Positions 38,361 through 50,524 of a stretch of DNA of 64,000 nt are shown here, piece after piece. Source of the DNA: Phoronis australis. Taxonomy: Eukaryota > Animalia > Phoronida. The translations under genes and the position numbers were made by a program. Under the pieces are notes generated by a model. The model was not told where the DNA came from. It worked only from the letters and a program-made list of their open reading frames with translations, and ran no database searches. Where the stretch lies: positions 155,030 to 219,029 of the forward strand of contig NMRA01000574.1 in the NCBI GenBank assembly GCA_002633005.1, read 5' to 3'. Positions within the stretch are counted from its first letter, which is position 1, and each line of letters begins with the position of its first letter.

Positions 38361-39681
38361 GTAGGTTCTTTTAAATCTAATCTATTGTATTTTGATGGAA
38401 AACCTTCATAAATATACAACTCTGTACCGGTTTGGGTAAAAAAATCCCCAAATAGTAGGCCTACGTGACTTACAGTAGACTAGTTAGACTCAGACTCACT
38501 CAGAGTCAGAGCCTCTGACAGAGGTCCCGGATTTTAGAACCTGTTTGATGTTTGTTATTCAGCAAAGAAAACTAAGCGCTGGTCGGATATAATGGCACCG
38601 GATTTAGAAAACCAATTTCATCCACTAAATAACGATCCTGTTATTTAGTGACTGCCTGGTTCTCTAAATCATGGACCACTACAGTCAAGTGACCTAATTA
38701 TCAGACGTTTTGGCACATTTTGCATTATAATTAATTGAAAATACTTCGAATTGTTGTAAATTCTTTGTTGAAATAAAGACTTACCTTTATAGAATTGTTG
38801 TGTTACTATATCTTGTCACCGAAAGCCACATTTATATTCTGACTGATCTTTAAAAGACACAACTAGCAAACCTTCGGAGAACCTAAATATCGGACACCGT
38901 GTTTCCCCATACACCACACAGCAAAAAACTGACTAATGGCCGCAGGCACCTTGTAGCCAAATTTCAGCTCTAGTGTTTTGACATATGAGCTGCTAAAATA
39001 CAGCTCCATTCGCAAAAAAATTATACATAACTTGACATAAAATCTGATGACAGGTGAGGACAGCACCAAGTCGTTTCAATGAATCAGTGCAGACGACTAA
39101 AGCACGTGCAAACTCAGTGAAGTTTTTAATATCTCTTTACCTTCTTGATATGACTCACGCAAGTGCGCGGCCCGGGTTTGACTTGAGTTTAAAAACAAAT
39201 GAAGACATGAAACGGTGACATAGTGTCAGTTCAATGAGATGATTTCATTGTGGAAAAAGATTTTGCTTTCAACTTGTATAACCGATTTATGCAATCATCA
39301 ATTTTAAGCCGACTTGGAGGTCTAAATTGCACCCTCTCTCGGTGAAATCAAAACGAGGCAACTCTAGAAAAAAAAACGAGACAGTGCCTGACATTGAATG
39401 CATTACAGCGGAACGAAAATTGGTGTCATTTATTTCTCAGATTATGCTTCAAGTAAGATTTTATTTTATGTCTGATATTTAGGGTTTGTCCGATAATTAG
39501 GTACACTATGTGCATATCCGACCAGTGCCGAAAACTATATCTCGAAATGTGGAGATCGACTCTTGTAAGGTACTATAAACAAATAATGATTAAAAATTAC
39601 ACTGTTTCTTGAGTGAATGTTAAATGTGGAGTAATCAGGTCCCCCCTTGAAATGGCTGCCGGGAAATAGGCAACACCTAGC

Positions 39682-40390
39682 CTAGCCCCTCAGTCGCGGT
39701 TGGACGGATAGGGGCTACAATACTTCCAACCGCTTTCTGTACGAATTTCGTCCAGTGTATTTTAAACAGGCGGTAGGCAAAATTTGGTCACCAATTAAGA
39801 ATTTTCACCTCGTCAAAAATACATTTCACACTTAAAACTCACTTAAAAAAGCGCTTACTTTCTTCAGTAGTCCTTTCTACTACTGCACATATTTTTGATG
39901 AAGCTTAGCTATGAGAAATAAGGTGACTTTGGCGAATAATTCCAACTTCACTTTTTTGGTCACCGTTAACTTTTTCACCACCTGCGCGATAATAAAAATT
40001 ATTTCAACTGAGTCACATGAGTTAGGCAAAGGCTAGCGCGAGACTGAGCGAAGCACATGACGCTTACGCGTGACACTTGCAAAATAGCATGAGAAGGTAT
40101 CGTGTGAAATTTGTAAGATTTGTGGCCCTTGGACTTTTTATTCGTCAACATGCCTGATTTCACATAATAACCTCCTCAAAATGGCACCCGGTCAGAGAAA
40201 CTCAAACAAACTGCGACAGATTTTCATCAATTTGTTTAAATTATCTTGGCTGAATCGTCTGCAGACTTCTGCCATGTGTTAATTGTAACTCCATGTGCAT
40301 ATATGCATGTTTCATTTGATTTTATTTGATATATTTTGAAATTCGCAATTTTTTGTGGGGATGTACTATCGCCCCTGGATGCCGCAGGGA
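39682..40390. mobile_element. ~700-bp interspersed element, copy 2 (MPHOSPH6 intron 1)
   Basis: Same orientation and colinear with 35980-36690. Confidence 0.75.
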
Positions 40391-40899
40391 ACCAGCTTTC
40401 ACAGAGTAACGGCAGTGTACTGAGTAAACTAAATTGGGCACAAGTCAGATGAACACCATGTTGTTCTAAATGTATTATTTGGTCTACATCAATGATTTTG
40501 GTATTCGTTACATTCCTTAGATATTTGGCGATCCATACATTCCAACCTCATGCCTATCCAGCACTCCATTTTAAAACTCCGTACTTCCAATGTTAGCCCA
40601 TTTTAGATATGTGAATTATTGATTTGGCAGCCATTTCAGTTCAGTTACTACACAAACTGCCCCCTGTCAGTGATCTACTACAACACGCAAGGTCTACTTT
40701 TTATTATTCAGCAGCATATCCGCCGTATCCGCTGTTGTCATCACTGTTATCATTGACATAGCCATTGTTGTCCTCACCGTCGCCATAGTTATGGCCGCTG
40801 TTATCGTTACTGTTACGGCCACCATCATCGTCATTGTCGCCATCGTCTCTTACCCGTGAATGTTATCGTTATGATCATTTGTTGGTGTATGTAATGATT

Positions 40900-41230
40900 A
40901 CATGTATTCAAGTTTGGAAAGTGAAACGGCCCAATTGGGACCTGGTCTATTGTTGTGTTGAGTTGTATTTACCTACATTCCTGCCCAAGCTTCTCCCTGA
41001 TTGGTTAGTTTTGTATTTGGCCTACATTCTGATTGTTCCAATAGGTTCCCTTGCAAGTTATATGTAACTTTTCTATAATATCATGCCAGAAGCTTTCAAT
41101 ACATCATACCTAATACATGTGCATTTGTCTCTTAAGCACCTGGGGTTTTTCCTTGTATAATAAAACCCACACGTAGAGACTTGTCAAAACGCCAATCATG
41201 AAATACCAGTCAGATTCCACGTAGTCATCA
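40900..41230 (+). mobile_element. Solo/partial LTR related to the BEL/Pao LTR at 57798-58209
   Basis: attggttagtttt...cattctgattg...aataggttc...agaagctt...aatacatcatac matches the reverse complement of 57895-58010; boundaries approximate. Confidence 0.65.
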
Positions 41231-41337
41231 ACTGGGTAAGTGAAGTATGGTGGTGGCAAAGCAATTGACTAGTTATCAATTTAAGGACCAAGTTTTGAGA
41301 AAACCGTGATCTTGTCATGTTTTCTTTTACAGGCCTT

Positions 41338-41585
41338 GGGCCCGTTCCAACAAAACTGACTTAGCTAAGACAATTCCTAAATCTTACTAACTTTTAAAAT
41401 AAAAGTTCAATTTGTCTCAAAATTATTTCAAGAAAGAGATGTTAAGCTTGATTCAAATGTTTGACGTACGTTTTGGCTTAATTTTGATGAATTTACCAGA
41501 TATGGAAGTTTCAAAGTTTGGAAGTTAAGAAAAATCTTAGACTTAAGTCAATAATGAACTTAAGTCAGTTTCTTGGAACGGGCCC
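41338..41585. mobile_element. MITE (Harbinger-like) with 3-bp TSD
   Basis: TIRs gggcccgttccaa...actgactta / taagtcagt...ttggaacgggccc flanked by ctt on both sides. Confidence 0.75.
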
Positions 41586-41738
41586 CTTGGTCCTGCGCAA
41601 CAGAAATGTTCATGGCTTCTTCCAACCTCTTTCAGGTTCCATGGGACTTGAGTTTGCTTGTTCCTGGATTAAATAATGGTTCATTTTTTTACAATCATGT
41701 CATGCCTCGGCTTAGTTTAGTAATTTGTCACATTTCAG

Positions 41739-41851
41739 TTCATGCAACGCAGTTCACTGAAAACAGAACAAGGTTTGAACGAGCAAGAAAAGAAGAAAGT
41801 GATTGATGACGAGCATTGGGTGCTTGATATTCCCGAACTTCAGCAAAGAGA
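41739..41851 (+). CDS. MPHOSPH6: MPHOSPH6 exon 2 (FMQR...DDEHWVLDIPEL)
   Basis: FMQR and EHW-x-LD-x-PEL motifs; AG/GT ends. Confidence 0.92.
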
Positions 41852-42722
41852 GTAAGTGAAATGTGTAATTAGTTAATGAATTATGTAATTAAACCATTGC
41901 ATATTGTGTTCACCTTGGAAATGCTTTGGTGTGGTAATGTAGACTTCTCACTGGGCCAACTGGGTGTTTTATTGTCACAAGACAGAACACGGGCACGTTC
42001 CATGATGCTAGTCGTTGACTGGATGCTTTGGGTGCGAATCTGCTTATAATGTAGCAAAAATAGTTATATCCCATAATTCAACATTCCGGTCTAGCTGTCC
42101 TTTTTCGGTGGCAACTAGTTTGCTAACGTACGCCTATAAGGTTGTGAGTTCTGTCATGAAAGATTTGCCTATCACTGATGCATTTTTGCCAAACTTACAA
42201 GGTACTATACCTGTGGAACATGTGCTTATATTTTGCATCCAATGGCCAGAGTCCTTTTTTAATGTATACTATAATCTGGCTTTTAGATTTTCTTGGTGCA
42301 TCTTAAGTGGCACAGCCCAGTGTCTGACACCCCTATTATGAAGTGGATTGTTCTGGTTACAGTTGTATGTAAATTAGTCTGGTTGACAATTTTGTGGTAT
42401 CTAAGTAAAGATTAATTCAAGGCTAGCATTCGACTATTCAGACTCTGGATGTGTGCCTTGGAACATGGGAGTGAGTCAGTTTCATGGGTCCTGTTCTTGC
42501 ATGTCTTACTGAAAATATGTTTGCGGTATTCTACTCTTTCATATTGGGGGACTGCACTTGAGTTCAGAACACTTCAAATAATATTTCAAAACGTGCACTT
42601 GAGACCTCTAGAATTTGTCCCTGGAGGTGTCTGCACTTAAATTCAGACTTACATATAATTTCACAAACCGGCACGTAGCTATTGATGCATGCTTTCTATC
42701 CAATATTGTTTTCTTTTCACAG

Positions 42723-42813
42723 GAGTTTGTACATATTCGAGCCCAGCTATGCTGTATTTGCTGGTCTAAAGTTTGGCAGATTTTCGTTTAAAGGCATGAA
42801 TCCAGAAGTTGAG
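42723..42813 (+). CDS. MPHOSPH6: MPHOSPH6 exon 3 (GRFSFKGMNPEVE)
   Basis: GR-x-SF-x-G-x-NPEVE motif. Confidence 0.93.
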
Positions 42814-43665
42814 GTGAGAGTTTACTTCCACACTTTCGAGAAGTACGGTGATCGCGTATCAAGCACACGCGTGTTAAGAAATATTTTGGCGTAATTTTCT
42901 TAAAGTGTATGCAATAAGTGCTTTATGTCAGTCTTGTATTGAAGAACAACACATCTCCACACAAGTTTTACCATGCAGGTACTTTTGACTAAGTTGTTGA
43001 GAGAATTGTGTATATTGTAATGAAAAGGTGATACTGGGTCAAAAATGGCAAATAAAATGTGAATGGAACAGTTTATTAAACCAATGAAAAACACGAAGTG
43101 TTAGTTAAGCTTATCCCAAGACTTTATGAAGCATTGTGAGCATTGAAGTAGTCCACATATGCCACTGTGCCAAAGGTAATAATCATTACGAAACAGTGCA
43201 TAAAATTGCTGTTAAAGTTGTAAATTACAGTTTGCCTTTAATGTTTGCCGTGCCATGTTTAATGCATTATTTTGGCAAAAAAGTGAATTTCTTGTATCTT
43301 AAAAGGATGTGAGAACGAAATGATTTCCTGTAAGCTCCTCAAATATCTTCCTACCTGCCACTTATATCCTCCATCATCTGAACAGAACGATTTTGCCTCA
43401 CAAGTCACGTAGTTAGTTTTCATGCAGTGCTGGTCAGCGTTTTGCAGAATGAGAACCTTGCGACAATGAAAGACCACCGAAAATTTCGCGAGATCACCAT
43501 TTGTTGTAAGTGAAGTACGTGACTACACTAGCTTTACTTGTGACTTTCTCACTTTTGTGGAACGCAGCCCTAGTGTTACGCAATTTACAGTTAACCTTTG
43601 AGACTGTAAAGTACGAAGAAAGCCTGTTGAAAACCATCATGACATTTATGTCTCTGTGATTTCAG

Positions 43666-43760
43666 AAACTAATGAAACAGTTTGACACAGAGCAGGAATT
43701 GGAGGAGTGTGAAGCGAGGGAGCAAGAGCAGGCTGTCTCTGAAGAGCAGATGGCTGAAAG
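43666..43760 (+). CDS. MPHOSPH6: MPHOSPH6 exon 4 (KLMKQF...VSEEQMAER)
   Basis: KLM and VS-x-E-x-MA motifs; phases fit. Confidence 0.92.
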
Positions 43761-44254
43761 GTATATAAATCTATTATAGTATAGTGACATCTGCAGTTAC
43801 CACTGTAGACATGTTAGTTAGACATCTGTGTACATGTCAAAATCAACTAATTCGGGGGATTTCATCTGCTGTTGTTTTTCAAATGCGCATCCTTAAGACT
43901 CGCGAAATGGCAGCGCACAGACAGTCGCAGATTTCACATTACACTCACATTCTTAAGACACACAAAATGGCCCGTCAGCTGATGGCAATCAGGTCATCAC
44001 ACAAAGGTCGAGAGTTTTCCAGTCCTTTGGAAACTTTGGGCGTATGATTATGCCGATCAAATTGGAACTGAACCTCATAGCTATGAAGGCTGTTGTGTTT
44101 TCTAATTTTGTTTAATTAGTGTTTAGCTTTTAGTTTTCAGAATATACTGGTATGTCAGCAGAAATTTAGTCAACCTTGAATTATGTCACCAATCCTAAAA
44201 GAAAAATCTTGGCCGCTTCGGAACTCTGTATTTGTCTCTCTCGCTTTTTTTTAG

Positions 44255-44387
44255 ATATGATAGTCTAATTGGGACAATCGGCAATAAATTTACAAAAAAG
44301 AGACAGCGTTCGTCTGCCAGTGAAGAGGATGTTGATGGCGGTAAATCAAGCAAGAAAAACAGGAAGTTCATGAAACCTGCCGACTGA
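44255..44387 (+). CDS. MPHOSPH6: MPHOSPH6 exon 5 (YDSLIGTIGNKF...FMKPAD*)
   Basis: GTIG-x-KF and F-x-KP-x-D stop; total CDS 480 nt, 159 aa. Confidence 0.93.
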
Positions 44388-45859
44388 GATGGTTGACTCT
44401 CTGGTTGTCTAAAGATAAAAGAAGAATGTGTCAAGTTCTAAAGATCTGTTGTGGCTCGGTAGGATCGTTATGGTGCTATAGTATTGTCATTCATGGTTTT
44501 TGTATTTGCAGCAATCGTACCAGGATGTTGTTATCACCTGTTCGATGTATTGGTACGATTCAAAATTGTTTCAAATTTCTGGGCAACTATTGAATAATCT
44601 TGCGGGAAGCAAGAACCTAATTGTTATTTGGTTTCGGCATTCAAAGCTATTTCTTTGCGGAGCTGGAACCGCCTTTGAGTCGGCGACCACTTGGTCTTGA
44701 CCAAAAAGTTGTAAATTTCGTGTGATTCATCGCATTTCTCTATGTGACAAATACAGCATTCTCCAGGGTAGATGTTTCAGGTGTCGGAAACCATTGTAGA
44801 ACCTTTGCGAATCTCAATGTCTACAGTCATGTAGAAGTCTTGTTACACCAAAAATTCTTTCATCCCGAAGCATTTACTGTTGAATTTAGGTGAAAGATCA
44901 TAGTTGACCTGATTAGCAAAAATAGAACCCAACATATCGTGCTGAACCATTTTACGAGTTACTAAAAGTATCATCATTGGAACCTTACATATATACCTTT
45001 TTTCTATGTTATGGTAGTTTACTATTGCTGCATCTATACACTGGATCACTAGTGTTTCCAAAGTGCCATCCATCCATCCTGAAGGTTTTCTTGCATGAGC
45101 ATTGTTGTTCTGGAGATTTTATGTTTTTCTACTTAAGTATGAACTGCGTGCAGAGTTACCATAGTTCATTTCCGTAGTAGTTACCTTATGCCAGTTATAT
45201 CTATTGCCATAACGAAGGCCATGTATTATTGGCGTTTATCGGCAGAAAATTTCTTGAAGAAATACAGATGCTTGGCGTGTGTCTTAAAATAAGGTTTAAT
45301 CAAGGTGCATCAAAAGTGTGATTTGAAACTAGATTTCACATTCTCTGTCTCATGAGCAAAGTTGCTGTTAGTCATACTACAACAATCCTGCCATTGTTTC
45401 TTTAAACATTCGATCTGAACAGGGAGTCTCTTGTACTCCTGGTGCTCCATCCTTTTATAGTTTGGTTGTCTATTTACTGTTCACCTTATGTCAAATAAGC
45501 GACGACACACAACACATGCGTCAGGTAAATAGTGAACCTCCAGGTTTCCTTACCAGTTGTACTGCCGGTTGTTTACATTCTGTGTTCTGATGGTGTCCTG
45601 TACCAAAACATGAAACCAGTCTGTACCCTTTCCAAAAAAAAAAAACATGACAATAAGGTGCAAGGCAAGGATGCTATTGAAAGTTTATTTATACACAATC
45701 CATGAGTTACTTACCAGCTATCCGTCTATTGATACTACATCCTTTGTCAAACTAGTAACATTGTCAGTGGATTGGATGAGCGACGTCATCCGTGTAGGCT
45801 GTGGGGACATCTATTGGTCATCTTGTCTTCTTGTTGTGCAGATATCTGGCAAGGCATAC

Positions 45860-46400
45860 TGACTGATGTGTCTGTTCATTCAGTCGGCAGCCATTGCCTC
45901 CATTTAAGGACAGGAAAATTTTCCTGTCCACACTCTGCTTTCGTTTTGAATGTGAAATGTTGTCGTATAGTAAAGACTTCTCGTCAAAAAACCCAAGACT
46001 GCACCGTTGTTGCTCTTCATGACGTGGCAGAGTCTTTCAAATGAAAAGTGGTTCACCGTTAGCCTCAGTGAATCTTCCTCAGGGACTTAGGCTTCAGATT
46101 GATTCTTGGGGTTTTCTTGCATTTTTTTTCCAAATTCATCAATCTCTTTTCTAAACTGCCTAGCACCTGGTAATTTTGAACCACCTTTCTCAGAAGACTG
46201 TCCAGATTATGGCGGGCTCCATCCCGGTTTCGTTGAAATGAAGGCAATAAAATTGGCGACGACAGACAACAAGGGGAAAACTGCGAAAGCTGGAACCTAT
46301 CCGATGACGTTGGAATATGCTTCCACAAACTAGAGTGTCGCACGAGAGCATATGCTGGATATGTTAGAAAGAATTGACTGAGCTTGTTCTGTTGTTTTAA
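45860..46400 (-). pseudogene. Frameshifted remnant of a DUF3987/YfjI-like P-loop ATPase
   Basis: Across frameshifts: PLLSVVANFI, EPAIIWTV, KGGSK, VNHFSFERLCHVMKSNNGAVLGFFDE, DRKIFLSLNGG; family recalled from memory. Confidence 0.55.
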
Positions 46401-47029
46401 TGGTGTTGGATGGTAACGTAGACACGGTGTATACTTCGAAAGATCGCAGTGGTGACACTTAATTGTGATTAGTTTGCTTAGGCTGTGCAAGCGGGTTTTA
46501 TGTAGGTACATAAGTCATGTGACAAGATGCAGATTTGGGCCACATAAACGTAGTCCAACTGTAAACTATTGATAAAAAGCACTAGATTTGAGCTCACGTT
46601 GACGAGTCAAAATCTTTGTCTCATTCCATCACATAGTTTCCTGCACTGAAGCTTGGATTCATTCGTCATATGTGAAGAACAACGTTTATGTAATCCCATT
46701 TTCTGTTAACTTGGAAAAACAGGAAAATCGTACGGCAGAAGCACATCCAGTCTAGATATGATGCAGTCAAGCGAATTGAACCCAAACATGTATGGTATTT
46801 ATAGTTGAGTTCATTTCTGATTATTTCCCATAAATCTTTGTCATCACTGGGAGAACACTGTTAGGTAGGATATCCTCATGGTTGTCGGGACTTGCTTCAG
46901 GAACTATTATAATGCCATCATTGTCCCCTGTCGATATTGGGGGATCAGGGTCGAAGCCAAAAATTGCTGGCTGTATTGAAGCCTTTGTACGCTCTAAATC
47001 AGAGTCAGAAAATATGGATCGATGCAGCT

Positions 47030-47627
47030 TGACTGCTACCTCATCTGCCTTTTTAGACGGCAATGGAAAAGTACGTGGAATTTAAAGAAGACATTTGCAA
47101 CATGACTGATGTAATCATATTTACCATCGTGCAACTGTCTCATGTCAGTCAAGTCGATCTGAATATGGTGAAGAGACTCCTCAAAGATGGGCTTTCAAGG
47201 GTGGACGTTCTTTCCCATTCTTGCAGGTAGGACTGGTCGCGCAGAAGGTCTGCACATATGTCTGTGGAATTCCTCAGAATTGCCAGTCGACGATGTCATT
47301 TACCTTTTTTGTAACCAGCATGACCCCCGTCTACCCTATAGATATTTTCCACGACTTAGTATACTCGACTTGCCAGAAGGACTGTAGAGGGCTCATCATA
47401 CTGGCAGTCATTTCCTTTCATCTTAGCAGGTTGCTCTTGGATTTTAGTTTGTGCTTTTCTTTTAGGTGACTTTTCTCTTATAGGTTGTTCTCTGTTGTTG
47501 CTGGCAAGACTGATACAGTGTTGTTTTTCTTGCAGTCGTCTCCTTTCATTTTCTGAGCAGGTGGCTCTTTGTTAATCTTAGGCTGCACTTTTCTTTCTGT
47601 CTTGTAAGGTTGTTCTCAGTTTTTACA
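47030..47627 (-). mobile_element. Ginger/KRBA2-like integrase fragment (H2C2 plus start of rve) with Ulp1 stub and linker
   Basis: DRGHAGYKK...CxxC, QIDLTDMRQLHDGKYDY, FPLPSKKADEVA; near-copy of 63690-64000. Confidence 0.75.
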
Positions 47628-47646
47628 CATGATGCCCTGTATTAGT

Positions 47647-48595
47647 CTAATCGTTCTTTTGAAAGACTTCCTTCATCAAAGGTGGATTTAGATTGGTTAA
47701 TGCAGCACAAGCACACCAGACGTGATTGGCAAAAGGCCTCAAACTACATGGAATGCTGGCAAGAATTTCAAATTGCTTTATTTGTTGGATGGCCCTTTCC
47801 ACGTGAATACGAGCCCGTGCAATGCTTCTTGTGAGTATGCACTGCTGCTCTGACAACTGACCATTGTTTAAAAATGGGGGGATGTTAAGTCCCACTCCAC
47901 TGGGCATAATATCATGAATGACAAAACCTTTATCTGCCATTACCATGTCGCCTACTGATAACTTGCTCAAAATACCTGTCTTTTGTGATTGCCTTATCGG
48001 ACATACAGCCACCATAGAGGTCACTAATAAAGGTCACAACACCATTTGGTGCCACTCCAACTAAGCCTTTGAAGGTGTTGGCACTTTTGTAGGAGCTCCA
48101 TGTTTGGTTCTGCTCCCTCATGTTCTTTGGTATTTTAATATAAATTTCTGTACAGTCAAGAACAATATGGGTATTACTGAATTTATTGAAAGCAGATGGC
48201 AAGAATTGTTTGTTTTTGTTAATAGAAGGCAACTTATTCATAAAAATTTGGCAAAGAATTTTGTCCAACACATGGATCCACGTAATTGCAATGTTCGTGA
48301 CAGTAGTCTTAGAGCACCCAAAACGGTAAGCCAGATCTAGGTGTTCAAGGTTGAGGCGAAGCTTCATGAGTGTCATCAATAACTGTTCCGACTTCCCTAT
48401 CTCGGTCACATTCCAACCATTCCAATAACTGAGAGCAAACCCCGAGCCCAACTCCAGCAGACACAAAAAGGTAGCATAGTTCTGCAGTCCAGTGTACATC
48501 GAGATCGTCACCCTTAATATTGTTAATGGAAAATGTTTTGGCAGCATAGTCCACTTTCTTCTTAAGTGCTGAAATTTCCCTATCCTCGTTGACAA
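47647..48595 (-). pseudogene. DDE_Tnp_4 (ISL2EU/HARBI-like) transposase, frameshifted
   Basis: HTH LMKLRLN...DLAYRFG; VLDCTE; SSYK...KGLVGVAPNG; YGG-x-x-SD; MADKGF; ARARIHVERAI. Confidence 0.9.
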
Positions 48596-49712
48596 AGGGG
48601 TTCAACACTGACTGGGAAATAGCTGGTGGCGTCGAAACTGAAGTAGAAGGAGTGGGTGGCTCCGGATCACTGTATAATGTTCCTTATTTCCAACCAAGGT
48701 AGGGTCATTTTCCTTCACACCAGCTGCACAAGCGATCTGAGGCGGTAGGTTTTCTGTCGAGACGTCTGTAAAACAAAAATTAAATTTGAAGTACATATTA
48801 CAAATCCTAAAACTAAGTGATTAGTGTCTATTTACACAAACGTTTATTTTATATTTACACTGACATAACATTTCATTCTTAACTCATTATAAGCATTTCC
48901 TGTGGGGAGTTCAGCAGGAAATGATGTTACTGTAATTTGGAACACCTTAAATTAGACAAAACTTTACATCTTTTGCAGTTTTTAAAATCACGTTTGTTGA
49001 CTTATTTTATCACACAGGAAGCATAATCTTTGGTTCACATGAGCAGATCGGCCAATAAAAAAGGTCAGAAATCAATTCATTGGTCTGACTGTATAGAAGT
49101 AAGGCTATATCAAATAGGAAAATCAGGCAGTTACATTGGCTGAGAACGAATTTTTAAAACATACATACAAATACATATAATAGGGAAAAAGGAAACAACT
49201 TTGCCTGAGAAAATAAACATGGCTGTAGGCTACAATACCTCTAGTTTATAAAAAGTAATATTGGGAATTTAGGGACAAAGTGAGATCTGTTAAAAAATAC
49301 ACATCTGTAAGTGCTGCATATCAAAATATATAAATGCCTCAACTTACATATTACATGTTTAGGGTGTGAGCTTCCAAGTTAACAAAATATGATCAACAAA
49401 ATACATACTATTGAAGGTAGAAACAGACCAGTACCATTGTGATAATAGGAAAAAATATGCATACCTTTAATCACATTTGTTTGATATGAGTACAAACTCT
49501 AAAATCAGCGCATATGTAAACAACGAAAACAACAACAACATCAAAATACTTATTATTGGAGGCAGAAACAGACCATTACAATTGTGATAGAAAAAAACCT
49601 TTATGCATATCTTTAATCACATTTGTTTTTGGCCAAAATATGCTTTTAATGTGCCCTCAACATCAGGATGCAATACAGTAGAATATAATATGATAAAGTA
49701 GTAAAACAATAA

Positions 49713-50524
49713 GGGCTGTTCCAGTAAAATCTGTGTGGGAGGGGGGGGACGGCAGTAGAAATAAAAATTCATGGGTGGTGGTCTTCAGAAAAAAACTCAA
49801 ATTATGGGTGGTCGTTCCCCTAAGAAGTGATGCATTAAAAATGGGTGGTATTTTTTGACCTGTTAATGTTGACAGGTTGGTTACTTCTGCTGTCCAAACT
49901 CAAAAGTCCAAACTCAAAAAAANNNNNNNNNNNNNNNNNNNNNNNNNNNNNNNNNNNNNNNNNNNNNNNNNNNNNNNNNNNNNNNNNNNNNNNNNNNNNN
50001 NNNNNNNNNNNNNNNNNNNNNNNNNNNNNNNNNNNNNNNNNNNNNNNNNNNNNNNNNNNNNNNNNNNNNNNNNNNNNNNNNNNNNNNNNNNNNNNNNNNN
50101 AATAAAAAGTATGAGGAGTTAGATAAACAAGTTCCAATATTCACTTGACATAGAAGTAGAAAAGAGTTTGTGGAGACAGTTTGAGATTCATAGATCCTTA
50201 TAATTGAAAAAATGTTCGTTGAAATTATAGACACATGGTGAACAGAGACACCTGGTGGATGCGAAAAGTATTGCTCACAGGCTACTTTAGTTTTTGACGA
50301 TATTGGACAAGACAACTAGTTCTTATCTGTCAATCATCTAAGTTCTTAACAGGTCCTCCTGGAGGCGATTTGTTTGCAAGTGTTGGATTTTATGTTTCAA
50401 CCTATTAAAAATAATTAAAAAATTATGGGTCATGGGTTGGAGAAATAAATGAAAAATATGGGTGGTGGGTACGAAATAAAAGTGCCTTCCCCCCCCTCCC
50501 ATACAGATTTTGCTGGAACAGCCC
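49713..50524. mobile_element. PIF/Harbinger-type MITE with TAA TSD (spans a gap)
   Basis: gggctgttccagtaaaatctgtgtgggagggggg / ccccctcccatacagattttgctggaacagccc with taa on both flanks. Confidence 0.8.

Noticed and set aside
40715-40870. GTC/ATC-rich stretch with open frames
   Set aside because: Degenerate trinucleotide low-complexity sequence in an intron.
49835-50315. ORFs containing X runs
   Set aside because: Artefacts of the N gap.
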